64,000 nucleotides of DNA from an uncultured virus (IMG/VR IMGVR_UViG_3300034116_001553). Taxonomy: Duplodnaviria; Heunggongvirae; Uroviricota; Caudoviricetes. A program made the position numbers and the translations under genes. Positions 41,001 to 47,791 of the stretch are shown here, piece after piece; within the stretch, counting starts at the first letter, position 1, and every line of letters starts with the position of its first letter. Under the pieces are notes generated by a model. It was not told where the DNA came from. It saw nothing but the letters and a program-made list of their open reading frames with translations, and did not search any database. The DNA lies in the IMG/VR virus record IMGVR_UViG_3300034116_001553; one strand, 5' to 3'.

Positions 41001-43342
41001 ATGAACCAGGACTTGATCTTGGACTATTAATCTCAGGAGTAACGTATCCTGGAGTACAAGTTGCCGCGCCCAGCTTTGCATCAAATACAGGGTACGATGT
41101 TGGTAATTATGATATTAACCCGTTTGATAACATCTCAGTTGGACCTGACGGACAGCCAAGTTATGACCCTTCTATACTTGATGCAATCTATGAAAGCGAA
41201 TTTATAGACAGTTATCTGGGCATTCGTCCAACTGATGTCAATGTAGTTGGCGGAGAATTTATTGACACTTATTCAAGTTATGCCCCAGAAGAATTAGTAC
41301 CAGGTGCAATTTTTGACACTCTGGACATTCGTGTGGTAACTACGCCTGGATCAGACTGGGACCTTAACGGGCATGGATTCCCAAAAGTTGATGTTGCCTA
41401 CGCATATGACGGCATTGACAATAACTTCAGTTTTGCTGGCCTGGTTGATTATCCAGATCAAGTACGTGTGTGGAATGCAACAACTGGGCAACAGTTGATT
41501 CTTGGAGACCACTATATTGTTAATTGGGTAGCAAGAACAATAACAGTTACATCAAATATTTCCACTGGTGATAATGTTTCTATCAGCGTATACGGCATTG
41601 GTGGCGGCAATCAATTGTACAAATATGCATTTAATGGTGCAGTGGTCAATAACGGAATTGTAATTCCAATTGGTTATAGTTTAATAGCAACATTTGCAAT
41701 TTTTGTCAATGGAGAATTAGACACAGACTTTACATTTACACCCACAGCAGATGTTCGCGGTCTGCCATCAACATTGTTGACATTGAACAATACCTATCAA
41801 GTGTCCGACCTTGTGGTAGTAACTGCAATGGGGTACACAGCTGGTACCACAAACTACACATATCAATGGAGCACTCCACTGACACAATATTTTGTGTCTA
41901 ATGGAACAGCACTATCGTTTACACTATCTGAGAGTTTGTCAGGAACTAATCCAGCAAACATCATTGTTGAGAAAAATGGTATTCGAGTAAGACCAGCCGA
42001 AGGGGCCGAATATATTTCAGATGGATCAAGTCTACAGTATTATTTGCCAAGTCGAGGAGCATATAGTCAATCACTAGTGGCTGACAACGATGTAGCAGTT
42101 TACATTGACACAGTACCGTTAATTCTTGGAGTTGGTTATGTAGTTGATCCGTATGTTGCTGGAAACGATAGAACTATTACTCTGAGTTCATTGCCTGCCA
42201 TAGGATCAACGGTGTTAATCTCAGTCAGAACTGCATCTCCGTATTACCTCAACGGCAACCAACTGATCTTCAAACCCAATGGTGGAGTTATCCCAGTGCT
42301 TGGCGATGTAATCAGTGTTACAACATTTAACGATACAGCACAACAAGAATTGTTAACTCAGGTGTTTGTTGGTCCTGAAACACAAGGCGCAGTGATAACA
42401 GAAAGTTATGACGAAACAGTCTATGATTTAGGAACAATTAATAATGATCCAGGGTCGTATGATTATAGCCAAGGTATTTTAATTCAAACTAATAAATTTG
42501 ATACTGGTAGACCTATTGCCAACGGCGCCCGCGTGAGCGTAACACTTGACGGAAGATACTTGTTTGAAAACAATGACTATTATGTTGACGGACAATACAT
42601 TATCATTGCAGGCCCACCAATTGGCGCTGCCTCAGTTGTGACTATTGCTAGTTATACAGACAGCGTTATCCCAGGCGGCACTGAATTCCGTATATTCCAA
42701 GACATGAGAGGCCTACAAACTACCTATCGAGTCACTACCAACACGTCAACTGTTCTAGTACAGTCGGTACAGGAAAATGCTGACATAATTTATGTTGATG
42801 ATGCGTCACATTTAAGTGATCCAGATTTACCAAATGGTATTTTTGGTATTGTAATAATCGAAGGTGAACGAATTACCTACAGATCTAAAGACACAGGATT
42901 AAACACCATCAGCGGTCTGCGTCGAGGCACAGCCGGTACTGCTGTTGCCAGTCACTCCGTTGGAGATGATGTAATTAATTCAGGTTTTTCAAATGCCCTG
43001 CCATTGGAATATCAAGATAAAATAGTTTATCAAAATTACCTATCTGCTGGTACCCAAACTGTGTTTGTTGCAGAAAACATCAGCTTGACTGGAGATATAG
43101 ACTTACTTGAAAATGCTGTACAGGTGTATGTTGCAGGAACACTACAAGCTGGTGGATACACAGTAACTTCTATTGCGCCGGTTACTGTTGAGTTCAATAC
43201 CGCACCTGTGCAAAATTATCAAGTTTCTATACGAGTACGTCAAGGAAAGAGTTGGTACGAACCAGGAACAACTACTGCAAGCAACGGGCAAGCACTACAA
43301 GTTACCAATACGCAGGCAGCAAGGTTTATCATGGGTGAATAA
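29060..43342 (+). CDS. Giant (4760 aa) baseplate/virion structural protein, gp7-like position, with FG-GAP-like propeller repeats
   Basis: Follows the gp6-like gene and begins RRTIDLLPEIFRT. Repeated FGxSV...IGAP motifs, W.PN..Y..G..V modules and VKPYHT; uninterrupted 14.3-kb ORF. Confidence 0.75.
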   Translation: MATRRRTIDLLPEIFRTDTNRKFLSATLDQLTQEPITKKTQGYVGRRVGPGVNPADYYVTEPTATRTNYQFEPGVIFLKPDTSTAIDAITYPGMVDALELQNANVTKQDRLFESQYYSWDPFCDFDKFSNYSQYYWLPQGVDSVDISTTEVPLTDTWEVTRETNDYTFSDVRGKDPIITVARGGSYQFTVNQPGSKFWIQAEPGINGRLSATPNISSRDVLGVVNNGEDQGTVTFNVPLKTAQDFYYNLNDIGSVDLVTTLNFNQINNISVAQFLQEFPNGIDGTTNLNNKTVIFLNRNPDAESGGWQLTTPFDPLVRTVPNQVGASISYDVNGQPYDSVPYETLTDIIVSGEPDPLDGQPGSYDSILFDQTTDITSQAQRYSIWQIQYISETGLDPYIRLSSILPVNNLSKFKILFGVTYSGTSWYKNASGYFEQIPLLTAVLNTLWYQDSTNPEIFGQIRLIDAEQVEPININDIIGAKNYISQNGVEFTNGLKVQFRGPTVPAGYQDLEYYVEGVGTGPGISARVGFVDGEAYFGAWHLKDGQKITGTIRQTDVYQQYIYDTVEESLLNIGAGGPAGTPLATSGVAGAPKGNGIVLIPVSDLVTPETYTKSETIPYDFTSYDSTPWDASLNAPTVPDYITINRASQDRNAWSRSNRWFHKDVINATAEYNNQVAVIDNNFRAKRPIIEFRANIDLYNNGTQAKPPVNIVDFASTDAFSNINGQRGYSTDGYTFIDGSLVIFANDSDATVRNRIYEVKFIDTTGSGVKIIDLVPVINSQALVNQTVVCLSGNTQQGKSYWFDGVSWFEAQEKTGVNQPPLFDVFDSNGVSFGNRAVYPSSTFTGSRLFGYGVGTTSSVDVVLGFSLKYLNINNLGDIVFENYLYNDTFIYVKDNISSELKVSTGFVREYIDRVSFTEVIGWQKAAAENQSRQIFRFTYNGENLKLDVPVTTTSVFPAVQMFIEGVFVDPGNYSVTISGQNTIIELAAPPPVGTIIELQALSNYPSKVGFYQVPLNLENNPLNENSGSYTLGTIRTHYETIGQNLKDLVGPINGANNTRDLGDLIPYGANIVQHSSPLALTGVFLREQQYELFNSLRFNSQEYTKYKSLLLDLAAKGNYINLTPTQVLDSVLQEISIGRSNLSPFYWSDMIPSGETYTETTYTYSFTSDSTFDLTKIYSFTSSNYHSLLVYLNGNILTRGYDYTVSADSPTMTITATLAIGDVIKIREYDTTYGSYVPNTPTKIGLYPSFKPSMFVSDTYVNPTEVIQGHDGSITVAFGDFRDQVLLEFETRIFNNLKIISEIPMVLDEVMPGQFRTTQYSLTEINEILSEDFLSWVGWNKLDYNTQFYVPLDPFTYNYSQSANKLDNKPLLGGWRGNYLYFYDTITPNTTPWEMLGFSEQPYWWEAEYGPAPYTSGNLVLWEDLEKGLIKDPVGHYVNPLYVRNGLTQVIPSGSEGELTSPFNSIVGNFDQTSFRRSWVFGDDGPVESSWRTSSSWPFAVMRLLALTKPAKFFALFADRDRYVYDSAQEQYLWDNRYRLDAKHLEPLYGNGVSKASYIDWIIDYNRQRGINSTTGLTDALYNIDVRLCWRMAAFSDKNYLKIYTERSTPNSLNASLMLPDESYQLLLYKNQPFSKIIYSSVVVQSTEDGWAVYGYSTNSPYFDILVSKPSGKTLTISANGVNISVPVEYSDTVAQVPYGYVFTNKAAVCDFILSYGKLLETQGLIFENRENGSALNWQQMAQEFVYWSNQGWAPGAIINLNPAATSISVTRPGAVVESLVPVTIDNIILNQNRTPVPGTDLQIDRFGNTFKVSSLTSNTINFLNLKFTAYEHLAVLDNTSIFADLIYQPVTGARQSRIRVFGTLSGDWNGTVDAPGFVLNQDNIVAWIPNKKYAKGEIVLFKNEYWSAGTIVQPSQEFNYSAWIKSDYGSIQKGLLPNAANDSNQLAQAYSVYNANLERDVDLFSYGLIGFRPREYMQALNLTDVSQVNLYQSFLGTKGTPRAAEIFTFANLGKEIAQYDIYEFWALQRSTYGANANRSYFELLLNQALLPSDPSLIEIILPTQESPADQKVLLEDVWKESYKLTSPDILPTTTDNFEVTRLPFAGYVNFDDADIICFSLENPQEIADSLPSIGVGTTIWVAKTNSYDWNIYRVNKVPGTVTTVTDNLNDRAAVTFTKEHNLSVGDFIIIKEFDTAIDGVYNVLAVPTLTTILISYTFVGGQTTLTGTGIPFTLVSSRFKQASDLANNPISAQLVPGAMAWIDDNGIENNWIVIEKTSPFALKTILTPAVSVENSRFGASVSQGFENIGALVGAPGYNPNNNVDAPGGVYSYVKAENDQYIQNTLLQLGATGTVGYGNAIDIGGENWAAAGASQSNNNQGYVGVIYQYPSSNVFEQRQLLVSPDQDFGQGEFGHSVVVSANDQWMYIGAPGNNKVYAFTQVDIPEQRVRYVTDGVSYVYNYSNSIIIDSDEQITVTLGDEILVYGDDYTVTLENVVLGTVPTAGLPLVVTRNSSVNLDQQVYYNVTQDVTSGSGSGAEFTIWRNRGVYYVTLTSPGTAYAVANTIVIDAATIGGGTSPANDLTITVTEVVTGGIVSFTQSGSGVSNTSVFPLDPYLYTATDIFSFTVTVNGQLYRPFIDYDFNSDSALSSLDLVFNTIPPADSSITVTSKTYYTFVTALTVPGLVNTARFGQSVVTPKTGGTVIIGAPNATNAGQAYVFDRAVERFIVTDSAVTSYTTAETLVGPTAVTLNGAFLLNTDENINGTFSVAGNTVTITAALNVGDIIEIDTNQFNLIQTVEDEDQPAFANFGYTVEQCLSGCNLFVGAPLNGDRSPQGGAVEYYINQSGMYGTTTTTVANPTLTPGDSIRINNTVVECSGTTVAELADDIIAADIPNVTVLTIPDVELFGDGTTKIFDVGNIYSDAYSYTPVVYVRNVLQTLNVNYTYSSDNKQITFMLAPGLYDPIRVVAGRLTIGVKNFEASTPSYRLTVLPCHGTLFDSLGINTYVWLQDISPPVIQDYANFGKAISINTESTMLIIGAPNGSIVAPTTFDNGTTYFDDYSSNFFDPVKQSGVVYEYDFLPSANPSATNPGKWVFGQQIFEDTIQPLDALGAAVDYTSGHIFIGAPGADLGDSQVNYGKVLQIENPTRSQAWAVKHIQQPMVDIASMNTVFMYDRVTGAAKNYFDYFNPLQGRMLGVIEQNIDYTGAVDPAAYNVGTVNNYGSSWAQERVGKIWWNTTNVRFIDPNQDDIVYASRRWGQIFPGSSVDVYQWTATDVAPVNYTGPGTVYATDQYVVTSSLNEQGVFVTTYYFWVKGITTVSKTARKTLSPEAITRYIENPRASGIPYIAPINASTIAIYNGLDFISAQDTVLHVEFDRERTENEIHIEYQLIPQDRPDGFLIDSLYRKLQDSFCGEDTAGSPVPDPFLSPSDQYGVQFRPRQSMFVNRFLALQNYLQRSNIILAQYPISENRNLSLLNSEEPQPSVASGTWDKRVANIEELSYQNLAEVPYGYTYLVDSDSTNNGLWTIYETTPGFIPGEKVLSLVRVQSYNTKKYWNYIDWYLPGYNPLTRILIEVPTYSALTTISVPNGSSIKVTANAQGKWEIYLLENGVWNRVGLQDGTIEFSATLWNYSIGRFGFDVEVFDAQYYDQEPVTETRKIIQSINQELFVGDLLIERNRLLILMFNYILSEQEAPLWLTKTSLIDVDHTVRNLEPYQVYRADNQDFVLNYIQEVKPYHTQIREFNLRYQGDDIFQGNLTDFDVPAYYNTALNKFISPILEYNGLIYSDSESLAPITDPVWSTWPFTQWVNNYLLSIEDVTIVNGGSGYTIAPDVIVTGDCQTPAVMTALINSAGQVVAIEIINPGVGYQTTAIITLSGGNGSGAIVVAVMGNAMVRELTTTIKYDRCQYSSIVVAWEPNVNYSNGTLVRYDNRVWIADSSDSTGVQSSTFDPSEWEIRPAGELQGADRTMGYYVPTANEPGLDLGLLISGVTYPGVQVAAPSFASNTGYDVGNYDINPFDNISVGPDGQPSYDPSILDAIYESEFIDSYLGIRPTDVNVVGGEFIDTYSSYAPEELVPGAIFDTLDIRVVTTPGSDWDLNGHGFPKVDVAYAYDGIDNNFSFAGLVDYPDQVRVWNATTGQQLILGDHYIVNWVARTITVTSNISTGDNVSISVYGIGGGNQLYKYAFNGAVVNNGIVIPIGYSLIATFAIFVNGELDTDFTFTPTADVRGLPSTLLTLNNTYQVSDLVVVTAMGYTAGTTNYTYQWSTPLTQYFVSNGTALSFTLSESLSGTNPANIIVEKNGIRVRPAEGAEYISDGSSLQYYLPSRGAYSQSLVADNDVAVYIDTVPLILGVGYVVDPYVAGNDRTITLSSLPAIGSTVLISVRTASPYYLNGNQLIFKPNGGVIPVLGDVISVTTFNDTAQQELLTQVFVGPETQGAVITESYDETVYDLGTINNDPGSYDYSQGILIQTNKFDTGRPIANGARVSVTLDGRYLFENNDYYVDGQYIIIAGPPIGAASVVTIASYTDSVIPGGTEFRIFQDMRGLQTTYRVTTNTSTVLVQSVQENADIIYVDDASHLSDPDLPNGIFGIVIIEGERITYRSKDTGLNTISGLRRGTAGTAVASHSVGDDVINSGFSNALPLEYQDKIVYQNYLSAGTQTVFVAENISLTGDIDLLENAVQVYVAGTLQAGGYTVTSIAPVTVEFNTAPVQNYQVSIRVRQGKSWYEPGTTTASNGQALQVTNTQAARFIMGE

Positions 43343-43348
43343 ACGTGG

Positions 43349-43354
43349 TAAATA
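43349..43354 (+). promoter_or_regulatory. Late-promoter-like TAAATA
   Basis: 4 nt upstream of the ATG at 43359. Confidence 0.55.
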
Positions 43355-43358
43355 AAGT

Positions 43359-43511
43359 ATGATTCAACAAACGCAACCAAATAAACCCGCTGGACAGCAG
43401 GCGCAAAATCCTGCTCCAAAACCCAACGAAACCGGGGCGTTCAGCATAGAAGGTCATATCAAAATATTTGACCCAAACACTAAAGAAACTTTTGTGGAGA
43501 AACGAGCATGA
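43359..43511 (+). CDS. 50-aa hypothetical protein (absent from ORF track)
   Basis: MIQQTQPNKPAGQQAQNPAPKPNETGAFSIEGHIKIFDPNTKETFVEKRA; fills the gap exactly and overlaps the next start (ATGA). Confidence 0.7.
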   Translation: MIQQTQPNKPAGQQAQNPAPKPNETGAFSIEGHIKIFDPNTKETFVEKRA

Positions 43512-44113
43512 TGTCTTTGGGTCCTGTTTTGGTCGAAGGATTCTTAAAGATCCACGATCCTAATTCTAAAGAAATATTTGTAGACAAGCATAATGCTATT
43601 CATTATGAAAATATGAGTATTGCGCTGGCACAGAGCATTGCCAATAAAAATCTTGGTTTCATCTATGCCATGGCATTTGGTAATGGTGGAGCATCCGTAG
43701 ACCCCACAGGTGTAATTACATATTTGCCGCCAAATACCACCGGACAAAATGCTGACTTATATAATCAAACATACCTAAAAGTAGTAGATAATAATTCTCC
43801 TGCTAACACGGATCCAACAAGAAACAATTTAACAGTTTTACATACATCTGGCAAAGTTTATACCGACGTTTTAGTAACTTGTTTACTAGACTACGGTGAG
43901 CCAGCTGGACAACAGGCCTTTGATAATTCAACTAATTTCAATGGCGAATTTGTGTTTGACGAACTAGGATTAAAAGCCTGGGAAGGTGCAAATGATAACT
44001 TGATGTTAATTACTCATGTTATTTTTCACCCAGTACAAAAGAGTTTGAATAGGCAGATTCAAATCGACTATACTGTACGAATCCAGACTCTAACTAACTT
44101 GAGTTCAGCATAA
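43508..44113 (+). CDS. Putative virion structural protein (baseplate/fibre attachment)
   Basis: 201 aa in the late operon; FDELGL and HPVQKSLNRQIQIDYTVRI C-terminus. Confidence 0.55.
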   Translation: MMSLGPVLVEGFLKIHDPNSKEIFVDKHNAIHYENMSIALAQSIANKNLGFIYAMAFGNGGASVDPTGVITYLPPNTTGQNADLYNQTYLKVVDNNSPANTDPTRNNLTVLHTSGKVYTDVLVTCLLDYGEPAGQQAFDNSTNFNGEFVFDELGLKAWEGANDNLMLITHVIFHPVQKSLNRQIQIDYTVRIQTLTNLSSA

Positions 44114-44133
44114 ATATGAGTAGAGAATTCTGC

Positions 44134-44141
44134 TATAAATA
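44134..44141 (+). promoter_or_regulatory. T4-consensus late promoter TATAAATA
   Basis: Exact T4 late consensus upstream of the fibre gene; a second TAAATA lies at 44111-44116. Confidence 0.7.
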
Positions 44142-44168
44142 CTATTATCAGGATGGAGTGAATTAAAA

Positions 44169-45599
44169 ATGGCATATACAATCAATTTAACTGATGGATC
44201 AATCTTTGCAACAATTGCAGATGGTACCATCAATACTAGTTCTAGCATGACCCTAGTGGGTAAAAACTATGCTGGTTACGGTGAGTTTTTAGACGAAAAC
44301 TTTATACACTTGTTAGAAAGTGGAGCAAATACTGTTGCACCAGGTGCACCTTTAACTGGACAACTTTGGTGGGATAAAACTACCGCCACAATGAAAGTGT
44401 ACAATGGTACAACATTTAAAGTTATCTCAGCTTCAACTGCAAGTTCTACAGCACCAACTAGTAACGTAGCTGGAGATTTATGGTTTGACACAGTAAATCA
44501 ACAACTTAAAGCCTACAACGGTAGCGCCTTTATTTTAATTGGTCCAGCATCAACTGCTGGCCAAGGAACGTCGGGTGCTGTGGTCGAAACAGTAACAGAT
44601 AACGTTTCAATAGATCACGTGGTTGTTAAACTATACGTTGAAGATACTGTTGTTGGTATTGTTTCAAAAGATGCAACATTCACTCCCCAAGTTGCAATCA
44701 CTGGATTCAGCACAGTTGGTCCAGGTATACAACTAAGCACCACTGTTACAAGCGCATTGTTCCGTGGAAGTGCTACTAATGCACAAACTCTAGATGGACT
44801 TGACAGCACAGACTTTTTAAGTGCCGTCAGCAATGATACAACTTCAGGAACACTGGGTATCTTAAATGACACAGGGTTAACTGTCGGCGCTGACCAGGAT
44901 GCAAAGATTTCTGTTACAACAGCCACTTCAGAAGTTGTTCTTCAGAATCAAACACAAGATGCCAACCTAACACTCAAAGTCAATGATGGAGGCGTAGTAA
45001 CCACAGTACTGGCAGTAAATGGTGCAACTTCTGCTGTGTCTATTCCAACCACTCTTGCAGTAACAGGTAATGTCACTGGTGGAAACCTAAGTGTAACCAC
45101 TGGTTCTGTGACGCTTGGTAGCATTGTCAATGCTGCCGGCAACGGTGTTGGCAATATTGGTTCAAGCAGTGGTTACTTTAATACTGTATTTGCCAAGGCT
45201 ACTTCAGCTCAATATGCTGACGTTGCTGAACGTTTTGCTTCAGACACTACCTACCCAGCTGGAACAGTTGTTGAGCTCGGCGGCATTGCCGAAATCACTG
45301 TTTCTCTTACTGAATTGTCAGAAAATGTGTTTGGTGTTATAAGTACACAAGCAGCCTATCTAATGAATTCAGCTGCCGGCACAGACGAAACACATCCACC
45401 AATTGCAATGACAGGTCGAGTTCCGGTTCGTGTGGTTGGTATGGTTCGTAAAGGCGACAGATTAGTTTCAGCAGGTTTTGGGTTAGCTCGTTCAGCCAAA
45501 CCTGGAGAAGCGTCAGCATTTAATGTTATCGGTCGTTCCTTGGAAGACAAATTAGACATCAACGAAGGCACAGTGGAAGCCATTGTTGCAACCAAATAA
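44169..45599 (+). CDS. Tail fibre-like protein with C-terminal intramolecular chaperone/autocleavage-type domain
   Basis: LVGKNYAGYGE...GQLWWD and GDLWFD repeats; C-terminal AQYADVAERF...GTVV...GVIST...GRVPVRV.G...KGDRLVS. Confidence 0.7.
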   Translation: MAYTINLTDGSIFATIADGTINTSSSMTLVGKNYAGYGEFLDENFIHLLESGANTVAPGAPLTGQLWWDKTTATMKVYNGTTFKVISASTASSTAPTSNVAGDLWFDTVNQQLKAYNGSAFILIGPASTAGQGTSGAVVETVTDNVSIDHVVVKLYVEDTVVGIVSKDATFTPQVAITGFSTVGPGIQLSTTVTSALFRGSATNAQTLDGLDSTDFLSAVSNDTTSGTLGILNDTGLTVGADQDAKISVTTATSEVVLQNQTQDANLTLKVNDGGVVTTVLAVNGATSAVSIPTTLAVTGNVTGGNLSVTTGSVTLGSIVNAAGNGVGNIGSSSGYFNTVFAKATSAQYADVAERFASDTTYPAGTVVELGGIAEITVSLTELSENVFGVISTQAAYLMNSAAGTDETHPPIAMTGRVPVRVVGMVRKGDRLVSAGFGLARSAKPGEASAFNVIGRSLEDKLDINEGTVEAIVATK

Positions 45600-45620
45600 A
45601 AATAACTAGGACAACAGAAA

Positions 45621-46607
45621 ATGACGTACTCATCAGGTGGATTAATTCAGGCAACCGACTACAACGGTTTTGTTAGCACTACAGCAGGTGCCAACGTTAA
45701 CGATATTTGGGCGGCAGGGTCAACTGACAAGGGATACGGTCAGAGTGCTGTGTCAACAGTGAGTGCCTTGGGAATAGTATCAGCCACTCAGTGGGCAACA
45801 CTGGTTAATAACATATCAAGCATGGCCAGCCACCAAGGCACAGGAATTACATCGAGATCAGCGCCTACTGCTGGTGATACAATTAACATCTTATCAAATT
45901 TAAACACAGACTTGACCAATTTAACCACCAACAGAGGTAATGCAGTCGGCAGTGGAACTCAGTATACTGCCTGGACAGGCACAAGTGCAAAAACTTCAGG
46001 AACTGGTTCAGGTGCGTCTGCTTGGACAATTACATTTACTAATACTGTTACATTTGCATCAGCAGATGCCGCACGTTACTTTTGGAATGCTGGCGGCATA
46101 GTTAAATGGCAAGTTGGCAAGTCGTCAACTGGCACAGTTGCTGATACTGAATGGAATGACTTGGCTTCAACCCTGTGCGGTAGTATTTTTATCACAGGAC
46201 GAGTTAATAGTGCCGCCCAGACTATCAATGGCACAAGTTATACTGGCACTACAAAATCTGGTGGATCAGGATCGCCTACTACACTAGCAACTACCACTGG
46301 ATGGTATCAATTAACAACCAGTAATACTGTACTATATAAACAGTTTGCTGATACTGCACCATATACCAATCAATATATTGAACTTAATGCTAGAACAGCT
46401 GGATCAGGAACACAGTTGGTATTAACAACAACCTGGGTTGATCCGGGCAGTAGCTTTGGTCCTGATAACATCAGTGGCGGGACTGACAGCTCTGGTGTAT
46501 CTTTTGGCTCTGCTCCGGCTACACTGGTATCGTATATTCCACCATCAACAACTTATCTTACTACGGCCGCCTGGGGAACCCCAACTGTGGCTGCAACAGT
46601 ATCTTAA
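45621..46607 (+). CDS. Ser/Thr/Gly-rich virion fibre/appendage protein
   Basis: MTYSSGGLIQATDYN start, ARYFWNAGG motif, very high Thr/Ser/Gly content; last gene before a terminator. Confidence 0.55.
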   Translation: MTYSSGGLIQATDYNGFVSTTAGANVNDIWAAGSTDKGYGQSAVSTVSALGIVSATQWATLVNNISSMASHQGTGITSRSAPTAGDTINILSNLNTDLTNLTTNRGNAVGSGTQYTAWTGTSAKTSGTGSGASAWTITFTNTVTFASADAARYFWNAGGIVKWQVGKSSTGTVADTEWNDLASTLCGSIFITGRVNSAAQTINGTSYTGTTKSGGSGSPTTLATTTGWYQLTTSNTVLYKQFADTAPYTNQYIELNARTAGSGTQLVLTTTWVDPGSSFGPDNISGGTDSSGVSFGSAPATLVSYIPPSTTYLTTAAWGTPTVAATVS

Positions 46608-46626
46608 TATTGTAACGATCTTACCA

Positions 46627-46654
46627 AAAGGGCCTCTGGGCCCTTTACTTTTTT
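46627..46654 (+). terminator. Intrinsic terminator ending the structural operon
   Basis: AAAGGGCC-tctg-GGCCCTTT hairpin followed by ACTTTTTT. Confidence 0.75.
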
Positions 46655-46672
46655 CAATATACCCTGTATAAT
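46644..46672 (+). promoter_or_regulatory. Sigma70-type promoter for the modification-enzyme operon
   Basis: TTTACT-17 nt-TATAAT, with the ATG 7 nt downstream of the -10 box. Confidence 0.6.
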
Positions 46673-46679
46673 TGACTAT

Positions 46680-46988
46680 ATGAATAATGACAACTTGATT
46701 GCACACTCACGTGCCCGTTTTGAACATGCGGCCACAAAACGCATCCTTAAAGAAAAGTACCAGGGCAAAATGATATTTGCTTATAACGGAGGAATGTGGC
46801 AGGCAGGTCCTGAGTTATTGACATTGTTACATGCCTGCTCAGTGGACGATGATATTGTAATTTTAGATTTGTATGGTAATCCTGTAAAAATCAATCCAAC
46901 AGAATTACAATACTTGGCCCTTGGTCGCTGGCAGGAACAAATGAATGCATGGTTACTCGAGTATGAAGAATTAGGCAAAAAAAGATGA
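46680..46988 (+). CDS. Hypothetical protein
   Basis: 102 aa; first gene after the promoter, overlapping the next gene (ATGA). Confidence 0.65.
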   Translation: MNNDNLIAHSRARFEHAATKRILKEKYQGKMIFAYNGGMWQAGPELLTLLHACSVDDDIVILDLYGNPVKINPTELQYLALGRWQEQMNAWLLEYEELGKKR

Positions 46989-47791
46989 CAACTGGTGCGT
47001 TGATCTTTGCATTCAACAACAGCAACATTGATTATCTTGCCCTAGCGGCCTGGTCAGCTGATAATATAAAACGTCACCTGGGTATTCCGGTAGCAGTGGT
47101 CACCAACGTGTCCGATTCGGGTTATCTTAATAAGTTTGATCAAGTGATCACTGCATCAACTGATGCCGGCGGCTATCGTTTCTTTGATGACATTGGTAAG
47201 TCTGTACCGTGGTTTAATTCTAACAGAACCGATGCATATAGTCTAAGTCCCTGGGATAACACATTAGTGCTTGACGCCGATTATGTAGTAGCTAGTAATC
47301 AATTAAAATGTGCATTGAATACAACTCAAAATTTTTTATGTCATCGGTGGGCCTACGACCTCACAGGCACACAAGACTTTGAAGATTTAAATTATTTCGG
47401 TCGACATAAAATGCCCATGTGGTGGGCCACAGTGATGTATTTTAAACGCAGCCAAGAATCACAATTGCTATTTGAGTCAATGACAATGATTAAACAAAAT
47501 TGGCAACATTATAAAAATATCTACGGAACAGGTAGGTCTGTTTATCGTAACGACCATGCACTAAGTATTTCTCTTTGCATGTTAAATGGACACACAACGG
47601 ATCATCCAGCAATTCCCTGGAGTTTGGCCAGTGTAACACCTTCACATAAACTGTCACAAGTTAGTCAAGACTATTATAGAATTGATTTTAATAACAGTGA
47701 AGGAAAACCTCGTTGGGTGGATATTAAAAACTGTGACTTTCACGCCATGGGCAAACAACAACTAGGAGCCATCGTTGCCAATCCTTGCTGA
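46985..47791 (+). CDS. GT-A fold glycosyltransferase-like protein
   Basis: SPWDNTLVLDADY (DxD), WATVMYF, RNDHALS. Confidence 0.6.
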   Translation: MTTGALIFAFNNSNIDYLALAAWSADNIKRHLGIPVAVVTNVSDSGYLNKFDQVITASTDAGGYRFFDDIGKSVPWFNSNRTDAYSLSPWDNTLVLDADYVVASNQLKCALNTTQNFLCHRWAYDLTGTQDFEDLNYFGRHKMPMWWATVMYFKRSQESQLLFESMTMIKQNWQHYKNIYGTGRSVYRNDHALSISLCMLNGHTTDHPAIPWSLASVTPSHKLSQVSQDYYRIDFNNSEGKPRWVDIKNCDFHAMGKQQLGAIVANPC

